NCBI GenBank assembly: GCA_965247115.1
Contig: CBDFGR010000002.1
Span: forward strand, 1,440,001-1,504,000
Length of the DNA: 64,000 nucleotides
From: Myxococcota bacterium
Lineage (GTDB): Bacteria; Myxococcota_A; UBA9160; SZUA-336
Reading direction: 5' to 3'
The position numbers and the translations under genes are program-made. Positions 39,131 to 48,983 of this stretch are shown here, piece after piece. Each line of letters begins with the position of its first letter. Position 1 is the first letter of the stretch. Under the pieces are notes generated by a model. That model was not told where the DNA came from. It made no database searches and worked only from the letters and a program-made list of their open reading frames with translations.

Positions 39131-40069
39131 GTGCCCATCGACAGCTACTCGTTGGCAAAAGAGCTGAACGAGCTCCGGGCGCTCGCCGCCAAGAAGCTCG
39201 TCCTTGATCCCCTGCCGATCGGGAAAGAGGCCACCGCAAGGCTTCAGGCCAAGATCGAGGAGCACGAACTCCAGGCGAACATCGCCGACCTCGAGACCCA
39301 GGGCTACACAGTGTTGCCTCCGGGGAAGGCGGTTCCCCTCGAGTTCGTGGACCGCCTGCGCGAGACGATTCTGCGTCTTGCTGCAGATGACCGCAGCGCC
39401 GAGAACTTCGCAGGACAGGACCGAGGTCTGGGACAGACCGCATTCCACCTGTTGCCTCGAGACCTTATCTTCGAGGAGGCGCTCATGGCGCCCGCTCCGG
39501 GCACGATCGTCACGTACCTGCTCGGGCACCGCGCAAAGCTCAGCCAGTCGACCGCGCTGATCAAGGGCGCCGGGGGCCAGGCGCTCGGCATCCACGCCGA
39601 CCACAGCGCCAAGCTGCCCGCACCCTGGCCCAGGGTCTCTCAGTACAGCGTCGTGACATGGGTGCTCACGGACTACACCCGGGAGAACGGCGCGCTCTGC
39701 GTGTGGCCCGGAAGCCACCGGTTCTGCCAGCCTGTTCCCGAGCACCTGACGATGGCTCACGACCACGAGGACATAAAGCTCCTCGAGGTCCCGGCCGGCT
39801 CCGTGATCGTGTGGCACGGGAGCCTCTGGCACGGGGCGGTGCCGCGGACGGCGGACGGACAGCGCGTGACCCTCGTCCTCCCCCACTGTCGCGACCACAT
39901 ACAAGCGCAAGAGCTGTACTGGGCGACGACTACGCCCGAGATGATCGAACGCAACCCGAGACGGTTCTCGACCCTGATGGGGCTGCACTCCGTGAATCCC
40001 TGGATTCAGGACGGGCCCGACTCGTCGCGGCTCGCCATGGCACCGAGCACAGGCTCTCACTTCGAGTGA
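39131..40069 (+). CDS. PhyH-family Fe(II)/2-oxoglutarate dioxygenase
   Basis: IHADH (HxD), DYTRENGALCVWPGSH, AGSVIVWHGSLWHG. Confidence 0.85.
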   Translation: MPIDSYSLAKELNELRALAAKKLVLDPLPIGKEATARLQAKIEEHELQANIADLETQGYTVLPPGKAVPLEFVDRLRETILRLAADDRSAENFAGQDRGLGQTAFHLLPRDLIFEEALMAPAPGTIVTYLLGHRAKLSQSTALIKGAGGQALGIHADHSAKLPAPWPRVSQYSVVTWVLTDYTRENGALCVWPGSHRFCQPVPEHLTMAHDHEDIKLLEVPAGSVIVWHGSLWHGAVPRTADGQRVTLVLPHCRDHIQAQELYWATTTPEMIERNPRRFSTLMGLHSVNPWIQDGPDSSRLAMAPSTGSHFE

Positions 40070-40113
40070 GCCAGCGACGGAGACACAGCTCACGCGTGGG
40101 CTAGAATGAGGCC

Positions 40114-40818
40114 ATGACGGACGTAGTGACGTACGAGCTGTCCCAGGATGTCGCGGTCCTGAGGATCGACGACGGGAAAGTGAACGCGCTCGGTCCTGAG
40201 CTGCTCGCGGCCTTGAATGCGGGACTCGATCGAGCGGAGAAGGAGTCGAAGGCGGTGCTGATCGTCGGTCGGCCCGGACGCTTCTCGGCCGGTTTCGATT
40301 TGGGTGTGATCCGCTCCGGTGGCGCGGGGGCTGCGGCCGAGCTCGTGACCGCGGGTGCCAGGGTAGCGGTCCGGATCGCGCGACATCCAGCACCGGTGGT
40401 CATCGCCTGCACAGGACACGCCCTGGCGATGGGCGCGGTGCTGCTCGTGGCCGCCGATCTTCGGATCGGAGCGACCGGCGATTTCAAGATCGGCTTCAAC
40501 GAGGTCGCCATCGGCATGACGACGCCGCTTTTCCTGATGGAGCTCGCACGCGACCGGCTGTCCAAACGGCACTTCCTCCGTGCGACGGTGCAGGCCGAGA
40601 TCTACACTCCTGAGACCGCCGTCGACGCCGGCTTCCTGGACCGTGTGACGGCGCCCGACGACGCGGTGGAAGCCGCTCGGCGGGAGGCCCAGCGCCTGGC
40701 GGAGCTTCCGGGGCCCATCTTCTGCGCGACGCGTGCGCGCGCCCGTCGCGCAGTGCTCGACCAGATTGAAGCGTCGCTGGACCAGGACATGGCCGCGTCC
40801 TTCCCTGTCTCGTCGTAG
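40114..40818 (+). CDS. Enoyl-CoA hydratase/isomerase (crotonase) family
   Basis: DDGKVNAL, FSAGFDL, GHALAMGA, GFNEVAIG. Confidence 0.88.
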   Translation: MTDVVTYELSQDVAVLRIDDGKVNALGPELLAALNAGLDRAEKESKAVLIVGRPGRFSAGFDLGVIRSGGAGAAAELVTAGARVAVRIARHPAPVVIACTGHALAMGAVLLVAADLRIGATGDFKIGFNEVAIGMTTPLFLMELARDRLSKRHFLRATVQAEIYTPETAVDAGFLDRVTAPDDAVEAARREAQRLAELPGPIFCATRARARRAVLDQIEASLDQDMAASFPVSS

Positions 40819-40820
40819 CT

Positions 40821-41096
40821 TCACAGCTCACCGAAGCCGTCGTTCACGAGTGCGGCCAGAGCCGCGTACGCATCCACCGCATCCTCGCCCTCGCAACGCA
40901 GCCCGATCACGCTTCCCCTTGCCGCACCGAGGGTGAGCACGGAGAGAGAGCTCTTGCCGTTCACCTCCCTTCCGTCCTGGCTCACCCAGACCGTTGCGGC
41001 GTACTCGCTTGCGAGCGTCACCAGCTTGCCGACGGCTCTCGCGTGCAAGCCGAGTGGATTCACGATCTCGTGCTCTCCCGACGTCGGGCTGCTCAC
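40821..41096 (-). CDS. ptsH: Phosphocarrier protein HPr
   Basis: IVNPLGLHARA (His15), VNGKSSLSVLTL (Ser46 region); GTG start at 41096. Confidence 0.9.
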   Translation of the reverse strand: MSSPTSGEHEIVNPLGLHARAVGKLVTLASEYAATVWVSQDGREVNGKSSLSVLTLGAARGSVIGLRCEGEDAVDAYAALAALVNDGFGEL

Positions 41097-41164
41097 GGAG
41101 TTCGCCCCATCGCCTGAGCATCTCACACTGTCTACTCGCAGGCGACGCTGCAGGGGGATAGCGA

Positions 41165-41662
41165 CTAGCGCGCGCGTTCCTTCCACCAAGCAACGTACTC
41201 GTCGATTCCCTTGCGCACGGCGGATGCCAGCGCCCAGATCTGGCGGTCGGCGGCCTCGAGCTTTCGCAGGTTGTCGTCCGAGAAGTAGCGCTCGCGGTAC
41301 TCTCCCGGCTTGATCCAGCGGAAGCCCGAGTGCTCCGAGCTCAGCCGGACCTCTCCCGCAGCACAGTCGCAGGCGTACGCGACCAGAAAGGTGTCGGTGC
41401 CGTACACGTGCATGGGAATGAGCCCTACCAGCGAGAGCCGACCCGTCGGAACGAGCCCCGTCTCTTCCTCGAGCTCGCGGAGAGCGCCCTCCTCGGGCGT
41501 CTCTCCTCGATCCAGCACTCCCCCGGGTGTGTACCAAGCTCCGGGCGCCGCGCCCCCGGCTCGCTTCAGGATCAGGATCTCGTCACCGCGCCGGGCGTAC
41601 ACCGAGGTGCCGATCCCGAAGAGCGCTGGGCCCTCTACCTCGCTGCCATCTTGCTCCGCCAT
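41165..41662 (-). CDS. NUDIX hydrolase
   Basis: Nudix box GGVLDRGETPEEGALRELEEETG. Confidence 0.9.
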   Translation of the reverse strand: MAEQDGSEVEGPALFGIGTSVYARRGDEILILKRAGGAAPGAWYTPGGVLDRGETPEEGALRELEEETGLVPTGRLSLVGLIPMHVYGTDTFLVAYACDCAAGEVRLSSEHSGFRWIKPGEYRERYFSDDNLRKLEAADRQIWALASAVRKGIDEYVAWWKERAR

Positions 41663-41731
41663 GCGACTATTCTAGCCAGCGGATGGCTGTCGAATCGGCG
41701 TACTATCGGGTCCCCGGCAGAGGAGAAGACT

Positions 41732-42538
41732 ATGGCAAGACTGACGGAGCTCAGCCGCTCCATCGCGGGGAAGGTGGCCCTGGTCACGGGAGCCGCGAGC
41801 GGCATGGGTAGGGCAACGGCCCACCTCTTTGCCGACGAGGGCGCGCAGGTAGCCGTGGCCGACATCGTCACGGACGGTGTCAAGCGGGTGGTCGAAGAGA
41901 TCGAGGGGGGCGGAGGCACAGCCTCGGGCTGGTTGCTGGACGTCAGCGATCGCGCCGCGGTCGAGTCGGTCGTGGACGAGATCGTCGAGCGCTTCGGCGG
42001 CCTGGACATCCTGGTGAACAATGCGGGCACCGCTATGGGAGGGCCAATCGACGCCGAGGACTTCGAGGAGCGGTGGGAGAAGACCTTTGCCGTCAACTTG
42101 ACCGCTCACACCCGCACGATTCGCGCTTGCCTGCCCCATCTCAAGCGCAGCGGTGCCGGCCGCATCGTGAACATCGCCTCGACCGAAGGGCTCGGCGCGA
42201 CCGCGTTCAGCAGCGCCTACACCGCGAGCAAGCACGGCGTGATCGGACTGACCCGCTCGCTCGCGGTCGAGCTCGGCTCGCAGGGTGTCACGGTCAACTG
42301 CATCTGCCCCGGCCCGATTCGCACGGGCATGACGGCTGCGATCCCCGATGAGGCCAAGGATCTCTTCGCCCGCCGCAAGGTGCCGCTGCGCCGCTATGGC
42401 CAGCCTGAAGAGGTCGCACAGGGCACCCTCAATTTCGTGCTGCCCGCATCTTCCTTCATGAACGGGGCGATCCTCGTCGTGGACGGCGGCATGCTCGCTC
42501 AGAACCACCTCGCCTCGCTGCGGGACTCCCCCGCATAA
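41732..42538 (+). CDS. Short-chain dehydrogenase/reductase
   Basis: TGAASGMG, NNAG, YTASK; SD GAGGAG, ATG 41732. Confidence 0.92.
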   Translation: MARLTELSRSIAGKVALVTGAASGMGRATAHLFADEGAQVAVADIVTDGVKRVVEEIEGGGGTASGWLLDVSDRAAVESVVDEIVERFGGLDILVNNAGTAMGGPIDAEDFEERWEKTFAVNLTAHTRTIRACLPHLKRSGAGRIVNIASTEGLGATAFSSAYTASKHGVIGLTRSLAVELGSQGVTVNCICPGPIRTGMTAAIPDEAKDLFARRKVPLRRYGQPEEVAQGTLNFVLPASSFMNGAILVVDGGMLAQNHLASLRDSPA

Positions 42539-42559
42539 GGCCCTCCAAGGAGACAGTTC

Positions 42560-44002
42560 ATGAACGACCTGGCATACGAGAGCGCTCGCTCGATCGCCGC
42601 GGCGATTCGAGACGGCAAGCTCAAGAGCCGAGATCACCTCGAGGCCATGCTCGATCGGATCGAGCGGCTGAACGGTCCCCTGAACGCAGTCGTCACGCTC
42701 GATGCGGAGCGCGCGCGGCGCGAAGCTGACGCTGCCGATGCCGCGCTCGGCGGCGGAGCGAAGCTCGGTCCACTGCACGGTGTATGCATGACCATCAAGG
42801 ATTCGTTCGAGACGCAGGGCATGCGCACGACCTCCGGTGCACCGGAGCTCTCGGGCTACGTTGGGGAAACGGACGCGGTGCCGGTGGCACGTCTGCGCGA
42901 GGCCGGGGCCGTCATCGTTGGCAAGACGAACCTGCCGATCTATGCCGGAGACGCGCAGAGCTACAACGAGGTGTTCGGTCAGACGAACAACCCCTGGAAC
43001 GTGGACCGGACCCCTGGCGGCTCCTCCGGCGGTGCCGCGGCGGCCCTGGCGGCGGGCTTCACGCCGCTCGAGCTCGGGAGCGATATCGGCGGGTCCATTC
43101 GCGGACCTGCGCACACCTGCGGCGTCACCGGCCACAAGCCGAGCTTCGGCATCGTACCGGCGCTCGGGCAGATCCCTGGCCCGCCGGGAACACTGACCCA
43201 GGCGGACCTTGCCGTCGCCGGTCCCATGGCGCGAGACGTCGACGACCTGGAGCTCGGGCTGGACGTGCTCGCCGGTCCCGATGCCTGGCACCGTGTGGGA
43301 TACCGACTCGAGCTTCCGCCCCCACGCCACACCGACCTGCGCGACTATCGCATCGCCGTCTGGCTCGACGAGCCGAGCTGCCCGCTGGATGCGTCCGTAC
43401 GCACGTTGCTCGGCGAGACCGCCAAGGCCCTCGAATCTGCGGGGGCTCGCGTCGACTACACCGCCCGGCCGGAGTTCGAGTTCGACTACGCGGTACGCGT
43501 CTTCAGCGATCTGATTGCAGCCGCCATGTGTGGCGGCTACAGCCGCGAGGAGATCGAGAAGATGGCGGAGCTTGCGAGCGGCGACGGTCCGCACGCGCTG
43601 GCCGCGGCGCGGTCCTCGCAGCGGCATCGCGCCTGGCTCTCCGCGAACGAGCGCCGGCTGCAGATGCGGCAGAAGTGGCACGCCTTCTTCTCGGAGTGGG
43701 ACGCGGTGCTGCTGCCGACGCTGTCGACGGGAGCGATCCCACACGACCAGTCTGAGCCGGCCAGGGAGCGCACCATCCGCGTGAACGGTGAGGTGCGCCC
43801 CTACTCCGACCTCACGCTCTGGGTGGGGCTCACCGGCGTCTCTTATCTGCCCGCCACGGTCGTACCTGTCGGACTCACCAGCGAGCAGCTCCCCGTCGGA
43901 GTTCAGATCGCGGGTCCGTTCCTGGAGGACCGCACCACGCTCGACCTGGCGCGGCGGCTCTCCGAGCTCAATGGGGGCTTTCAGCGACCGCCCGGCTACT
44001 GA
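42560..44002 (+). CDS. Amidase signature family protein
   Basis: GPLHGV..TIKD, TPGGSSGG, GSDIGGSIRGPA. Confidence 0.93.
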   Translation: MNDLAYESARSIAAAIRDGKLKSRDHLEAMLDRIERLNGPLNAVVTLDAERARREADAADAALGGGAKLGPLHGVCMTIKDSFETQGMRTTSGAPELSGYVGETDAVPVARLREAGAVIVGKTNLPIYAGDAQSYNEVFGQTNNPWNVDRTPGGSSGGAAAALAAGFTPLELGSDIGGSIRGPAHTCGVTGHKPSFGIVPALGQIPGPPGTLTQADLAVAGPMARDVDDLELGLDVLAGPDAWHRVGYRLELPPPRHTDLRDYRIAVWLDEPSCPLDASVRTLLGETAKALESAGARVDYTARPEFEFDYAVRVFSDLIAAAMCGGYSREEIEKMAELASGDGPHALAAARSSQRHRAWLSANERRLQMRQKWHAFFSEWDAVLLPTLSTGAIPHDQSEPARERTIRVNGEVRPYSDLTLWVGLTGVSYLPATVVPVGLTSEQLPVGVQIAGPFLEDRTTLDLARRLSELNGGFQRPPGY

Positions 44003-44032
44003 CTTCCTGATTCGACAACAGAGCGGCCGCTG

Positions 44033-45283
44033 ATGGCACACAGGTCCGAGCTCTGGCATCACCCAGAGTTCCGGAAGCTCTGGTCCGGTCACGTCGTCTC
44101 CGACCTCGGCGGTGCGATCGGCTCGGTCGCACTGCCGCTGACAGCGGTCGTCACCCTCGGCGCAGACGCGCTGCAGATGGGCGTACTCGTTGCGCTCCAG
44201 CAGGCACCCGTCCTGCTCTTCTCGCTCCTCGCGGGGGTCTGGGTCGACCGGCGGCCGCGCCGGCCCCTGATCGTGGTGGCCGAGCTGGGAAGGGCCGCGT
44301 TGCTCGCCACGATTCCCGCGGCCGCGCTGCTCGGTCTGCTCCGGATCGAGCAGCTCTACGTCTTGGGCTTCCTCGCGGGCACCCTCAAACTCGTGTTCGA
44401 CCTGGCTTCGACCTCCTTTCTACCCGCACTGATCGGACGCAAAGATCTCGTCGACGGGAACGCCAAGCTGCAGATGAGCGCAGCGGCGACCGAGGCTGGG
44501 GGACACGCGCTCGGCGGCGTCCTGGTGCGACTCGTGACCGCACCACTCGCGATCGCCTTCGACTCGTTCTCGTTTCTGGTCTCCGCTCTGTTCGCGTACC
44601 GGATTCGCGCACGCGAGACGCATGCAGGCGTCGAGCAGGAACGAGACACGAATATCTGGCGCGAGATTCGCGAAGGCATGCGGGTGCTCATGCAGACCCC
44701 AGCGATCCGCGCAATGACGATCTCCTCGACCATCGGCAGCGGCGGGAGCGCCGTCCAGCAGACGGTGTTCGCGCTCTACCTGACGAACGAGCTGTTACTC
44801 GGGCCGGTCTGGTTCGGAGTCGTGCTGGGCATTCTGGGAGCAGCAGCCTTCGTCGGCACGTTCCTCGCCGGACCGGCCGAGCGGTACCTCGGACCTGGCC
44901 CAGCCCTGATCTTGGGAAGCTTCTTCTGGGGCGGCGGCGGTGTGCTCCTCGCTCTGGTGAGTCCGATGATGGCGTTCATGCTGCCCCTCCTCGCCCTGGC
45001 ACAGGTCAGCTCGGGCATCGGGAGGTCCATCGCGAGCATCAACCAGCTCAGCCTGCGCCAGGCGATCACCCCCGACCACCTCCTGGGCCGAGTGAACGCA
45101 AGCCGCCGGCTTCTCGTCGTCGGTATCATCCCCTTCGGCGCGCTGCTCGGCGGAATCCTGGGCGAGTCGCTGGGCCTGCGCACCGCCCTCTTCGCAGGCG
45201 CGGCCATCCAGATCCTCGGCTTCGTCTACACCGCGCAGTCCCCGCTGCGGAGCGTACGACGCACTCCCGACTCAGTAGCCTGA
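44033..45283 (+). CDS. MFS transporter (MFS_3-like)
   Basis: About 12 TM segments, GVWVDRRPRR, LRQAITPDHLLGRVNA. Confidence 0.9.
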   Translation: MAHRSELWHHPEFRKLWSGHVVSDLGGAIGSVALPLTAVVTLGADALQMGVLVALQQAPVLLFSLLAGVWVDRRPRRPLIVVAELGRAALLATIPAAALLGLLRIEQLYVLGFLAGTLKLVFDLASTSFLPALIGRKDLVDGNAKLQMSAAATEAGGHALGGVLVRLVTAPLAIAFDSFSFLVSALFAYRIRARETHAGVEQERDTNIWREIREGMRVLMQTPAIRAMTISSTIGSGGSAVQQTVFALYLTNELLLGPVWFGVVLGILGAAAFVGTFLAGPAERYLGPGPALILGSFFWGGGGVLLALVSPMMAFMLPLLALAQVSSGIGRSIASINQLSLRQAITPDHLLGRVNASRRLLVVGIIPFGALLGGILGESLGLRTALFAGAAIQILGFVYTAQSPLRSVRRTPDSVA

Positions 45284-45310
45284 ACCTGGTCACCACTTCT
45301 CGAGCTGAGA

Positions 45311-46195
45311 CTAGGCGATCGGCTGGGGGCGCGTTTCGTCTGCTCGGAGCAGTGCCAGCCCGGCGCTCGCCGCCAGAATGACAACGCAGCCCGTCACGGC
45401 CAAGGCGCCCAGGGGCTCCGCGTGAACCGCCCAGGCCCAGCAGGCGCTGAGCACAGGCTCCAAAAGGAGCAGCAGGGAGACCTCGAGGGCGCGGATCTCG
45501 CGCACGCCGTGCGTCATGCAGACGTAGGCGAGCCCGATCTGGAACAGACCCAGGTAGGCGATCACTGTCCAATCCGTCGCCGTGCTAGAAGCGACCGGCA
45601 GCGCGAACGGAAGGCACACGAGCAGCGCGATCAGGTTGCCTGCGACCACGGCGGCCCCCACCGTCGAGGTCCCACGATCGGCGTCGTCGCGTGCGAGCTT
45701 GCGCAGTCCGAGCAGCGTCAGTCCCCAGACGACGCCGCTCCCGACTGCCATCAGGTCGCCAAGGAGGGGATCGGGGGCGGTCGCCAGCGGGGGGCTCGTG
45801 CCCGCAAAGAACAAGCCGAGCCCGACGAGGAAGGCAGCCACCCAGCCGAGGTCCGCGGGCCGTGCCCGCTCTCCGAGGAGCCACGGTCCGAGCAGCAACA
45901 CCCAGAGGGGCGCGGTGGACTGGAGGAAGATCGCGTTCGCTGCAGTCGTGAGCTTGTTCGCCGTGACGTACAGGATGAGTGTCGCGGCGTAAGCGCCTCC
46001 CACCAGCAGCGTGTCCGGCTGCCAGAAGCGTCGCCACGACGGAAAGAACAGCCAGAGTGCCAGCGCGGCTACGCCCGAGCGAAAGCCCGCGACCTGCCAG
46101 CTGTCCAGCGTCGTCGCCTTGATGGCGGCGCCGCCGGTCGAGAAGAGGAGCGCCGAGGCCAGGATCAGCGAGCGAGCGCGGAGTCCGGAATGCAT
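45311..46195 (-). CDS. EamA/DMT family transporter
   Basis: About 10 TM segments, ANAIFLQSTAP, LLLEPV; start ATG 46195. Confidence 0.88.
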   Translation of the reverse strand: MHSGLRARSLILASALLFSTGGAAIKATTLDSWQVAGFRSGVAALALWLFFPSWRRFWQPDTLLVGGAYAATLILYVTANKLTTAANAIFLQSTAPLWVLLLGPWLLGERARPADLGWVAAFLVGLGLFFAGTSPPLATAPDPLLGDLMAVGSGVVWGLTLLGLRKLARDDADRGTSTVGAAVVAGNLIALLVCLPFALPVASSTATDWTVIAYLGLFQIGLAYVCMTHGVREIRALEVSLLLLLEPVLSACWAWAVHAEPLGALAVTGCVVILAASAGLALLRADETRPQPIA

Positions 46196-46280
46196 CGTGC
46201 GGGAGGAGAGTACAGCACCGCTTCGGGGCCTTAGTCGGCCCTCTGCGCCGCTCTCCACCTAGCCAGCGGGCGCCGAAATT

Positions 46281-46299
46281 GATAATGATTATCATTAGA
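46281..46299 (+). promoter_or_regulatory. Fur box
   Basis: GATAATGATTATCATTAGA matches GATAATGATAATCATTATC at 16/19; AT-rich island immediately before an iron permease. Confidence 0.88.
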
Positions 46300-46300
46300 G

Positions 46301-48247
46301 ATGGGCTGGATGGCAGCGAGATGGGCGACAGCCCTTGCCCTGGCCTCGGGGCTACTCCTGGGGGCCGCTGCCCCCGCCCTGGCGGCGGGAGAGGAAGAGG
46401 CCGCCCGGAGAGCTAGCCATCTGCTCGACTACATCGCGGTCGACTACCCGGAGGCGGTGCGGGCCGGCGAGGTGATCAGCGACCTCGAGTACCAAGAGCA
46501 GCTCGAGTTTGCGGACACCGTCGGCGCGCAGCTCAGACGACTGGGGCTCGTCGAGAGCGATCCGCTCCGCGAGGAGCTGACCGGACTGCTCCAGGCCATC
46601 CAAAAGCTCCAGCCTGCCTCGGATGTCTCAGCCCGCTCGCGGGCGCTGAGCAAGGGAATTCGGGAGCGCTTTTCGGTTCGGGCGCTGCCACCGCGCACAC
46701 CGGACCTGGAGCGGGGGGCAAAGCTCTACACACAGATATGTGGATCCTGTCACGGGACGACCGGGCGCGGGGACGGGCCGGCGGGACTCGGGCTCGACCC
46801 GGCGCCAACGGACTTCACCGATCTCGACCGCGCGCTCCAGCTGAGCCCACTCGCGCTGTACAGCACGATCAGCTTCGGGATCGCGGGAACCGGGATGGTC
46901 GGCTATGCCGATGCCTTCGACGAGGCCGAGCGACACGACATGGCCTTTTACGTGGGCTCCCTGGCCTTCGATCCGACGCTCGTGGAGCGCGGTCGGGTGC
47001 TGGCGGAGCGGGAGCCCGAGCGCGTGTCGGATCGGGTGCCGAACCTGGCGTCCCTCGTGCAGGCGCCCGCGGGCGCGCTCGCACAGGACGAAGACGGGCG
47101 CGCAGTCGTGGCCTTCTTGCGCGTTCATCCCGGATTCCTGCAGCTTGCAACGGGACCGGTGCAGCGTGCGAAACGCCGACTCGACGAGTCCTGGGCCGCC
47201 TATGCGAGTGGCGACTCACGGCAGGCGATCGATCTCGCGGTCGCCGCATACATCGAAGACTTCGAGCCGCTCGAGCCCAGCGTCGATGCGCTGGATCGCG
47301 ACCTCCGCATCTCCGTGGAGCGGAGCTTCATGCGCTATCGCGCCCTGATCCGCGCGGGCGCCTCGCCCGAAGAGCTGGAGCCAGTCTACGCCGCCATCGG
47401 TCAGCATCTCGACGCCGTCGAGCGGCGTCTTGCGAAGGACGGCCTCAGCGCGGTGGCGATCTTCACCGGCGCGCTGGCAATCCTCGCCCGCGAAGGCCTC
47501 GAAGCGGTGCTGGTCGTGGTCGCGCTCATCGGCGTGCTGCAACGGGCGGACCGCCGCGACGCGCTGCGCTGGGTTCACGGCGGCTGGGTGGCCGCCCTCG
47601 TCGCCGGGGGGGCAACCTGGTACGCCGCCCAGGAGCTGGTGCGACTCAGTGGCGCGCAGCGCGAGGTAATCGAAGGCGTGAGCTCCTTGATCGCAACCGC
47701 CATCCTCTTTTACGTCAGCTACTGGTTCGTCTCGAACCTCGCCACGCAGCGCTGGCAGACGTTCCTGCACGAGCGGCTCTCGACAGCCCTCTCGCGCAGC
47801 TCGTTCTGGGCGCTCTCCACGGTCAGCTTCGTCGCGGTCTATCGCGAGCTGCTCGAGACTGTGCTCTTCTTCCAGGCCCTGGCCGCGCAGGCCGGACCGG
47901 ACATGCTGCGCCCGCTGCTGCTCGGAGGGGTCGCCGGTGCAGCAGTGCTCGCACTGCTGGCGACGCTCATTCTCCGCTTCGGTCTACGACTCCCCATGCG
48001 CGCGTTCTTCGGGCTGAGCTCGGCGCTGCTGTACACCCTGGCCATCATGCTGGCCGGGCAGGGCGTCGCCGCACTCCAGGAGGTCGACTGGGTGCCGGCC
48101 ACCGTCGTCGCGGACCTGCGACTGGAGTGGCTCGGTATCCACGGGACGCTCGAGGGACTCGCGCTGCAGGGTGCGCTGGTAGCCGCTGCACTGGCGACGC
48201 TGCCGCGACTCCTCTCGAAGCGCGGCGAGCGACTCACCGCCGCGTAG
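46301..48247 (+). CDS. Cytochrome c-FTR1 family iron permease
   Basis: LLDYIAVDY, heme motif CGSCH, REGLE and RELLE motifs in the TM domain. Confidence 0.9.
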   Translation: MGWMAARWATALALASGLLLGAAAPALAAGEEEAARRASHLLDYIAVDYPEAVRAGEVISDLEYQEQLEFADTVGAQLRRLGLVESDPLREELTGLLQAIQKLQPASDVSARSRALSKGIRERFSVRALPPRTPDLERGAKLYTQICGSCHGTTGRGDGPAGLGLDPAPTDFTDLDRALQLSPLALYSTISFGIAGTGMVGYADAFDEAERHDMAFYVGSLAFDPTLVERGRVLAEREPERVSDRVPNLASLVQAPAGALAQDEDGRAVVAFLRVHPGFLQLATGPVQRAKRRLDESWAAYASGDSRQAIDLAVAAYIEDFEPLEPSVDALDRDLRISVERSFMRYRALIRAGASPEELEPVYAAIGQHLDAVERRLAKDGLSAVAIFTGALAILAREGLEAVLVVVALIGVLQRADRRDALRWVHGGWVAALVAGGATWYAAQELVRLSGAQREVIEGVSSLIATAILFYVSYWFVSNLATQRWQTFLHERLSTALSRSSFWALSTVSFVAVYRELLETVLFFQALAAQAGPDMLRPLLLGGVAGAAVLALLATLILRFGLRLPMRAFFGLSSALLYTLAIMLAGQGVAALQEVDWVPATVVADLRLEWLGIHGTLEGLALQGALVAAALATLPRLLSKRGERLTAA

Positions 48248-48869
48248 GGGCGCCTCCATCCTTCGCGTCGGATCCGCCCTGTCGCACGAGCTCCCGTTCC
48301 AGGAAGTCGAGGCGGTCCTTCCCCCAGAACATCTCGTCACCGACAAAGAAGGTCGGCGCTCCGAAGACACCTCGCTCGAGGCCCTCGCTCGTGGCGCGGA
48401 TGAGCTCCTGCTTCACGGGCTCGCTCTCGCTCTCCTTCTCGAACGCGTCCGAGTCAACGCCGAGCTCCGCGGCGATCGGTCGCAACGCGTCGTAGTCGGC
48501 GACGTTCACGCCCTGCTCCCAGTAGGCGCGGAACGTGGCGCGGATGTAGTCCTCCTCCAGATTCCAGCGGCGCATGGCGATCGCACCGCGCAGGGCGCGG
48601 CTCGTCTTGATGGGGAACTGCTCGGGAACGCGGAAGGGTAGGCGTGTGTACTCCGCCCACCGCTGCAGGTCGCGACGGCGCTGGCGCATCTTCGCTCGCG
48701 GCTCCTGGTCGAGCGTGTAGCTGTGCTGGCGGAACACGTAGCCCAGGTTGAAGGGCACGAAGTTCACACGCGCGCCCGTGCGCGCGAGCACGTCGGGAAG
48801 CAGGAACAGCGCGAAATAGGTGTTCGTGCTGCCCACGTCCCAGTAGAAGTCGACGCTGAGGTCACTCAC
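48234..48869 (-). CDS. DsbA-like 2-hydroxychromene-2-carboxylate isomerase / GST-kappa family
   Basis: VDFYWDVGSTNTY, RGVFGAPTFFV, FWGKDRL; SD GAGGAGG, GTG 48869. Confidence 0.88.
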   Translation of the reverse strand: MSDLSVDFYWDVGSTNTYFALFLLPDVLARTGARVNFVPFNLGYVFRQHSYTLDQEPRAKMRQRRRDLQRWAEYTRLPFRVPEQFPIKTSRALRGAIAMRRWNLEEDYIRATFRAYWEQGVNVADYDALRPIAAELGVDSDAFEKESESEPVKQELIRATSEGLERGVFGAPTFFVGDEMFWGKDRLDFLERELVRQGGSDAKDGGAPTRR

Positions 48870-48983
48870 GGGACGACCTCCTCGACCGGCGGAAATTGGC
48901 TGCGCATCACCGCCGATCAGACCACGGTCAGCCGGGGAGTACAAGAAGCGTGACCGGTGCCTCGTGACGCGGCAGATGACCGC

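Noticed and set aside
41672..44092. 806-aa minus-strand ORF (and similar long antisense ORFs such as 38846-40393, 51089-52435 and 57943-59280)
   Set aside because: Antisense shadows of well-supported genes, with no motifs; expected at this GC content.
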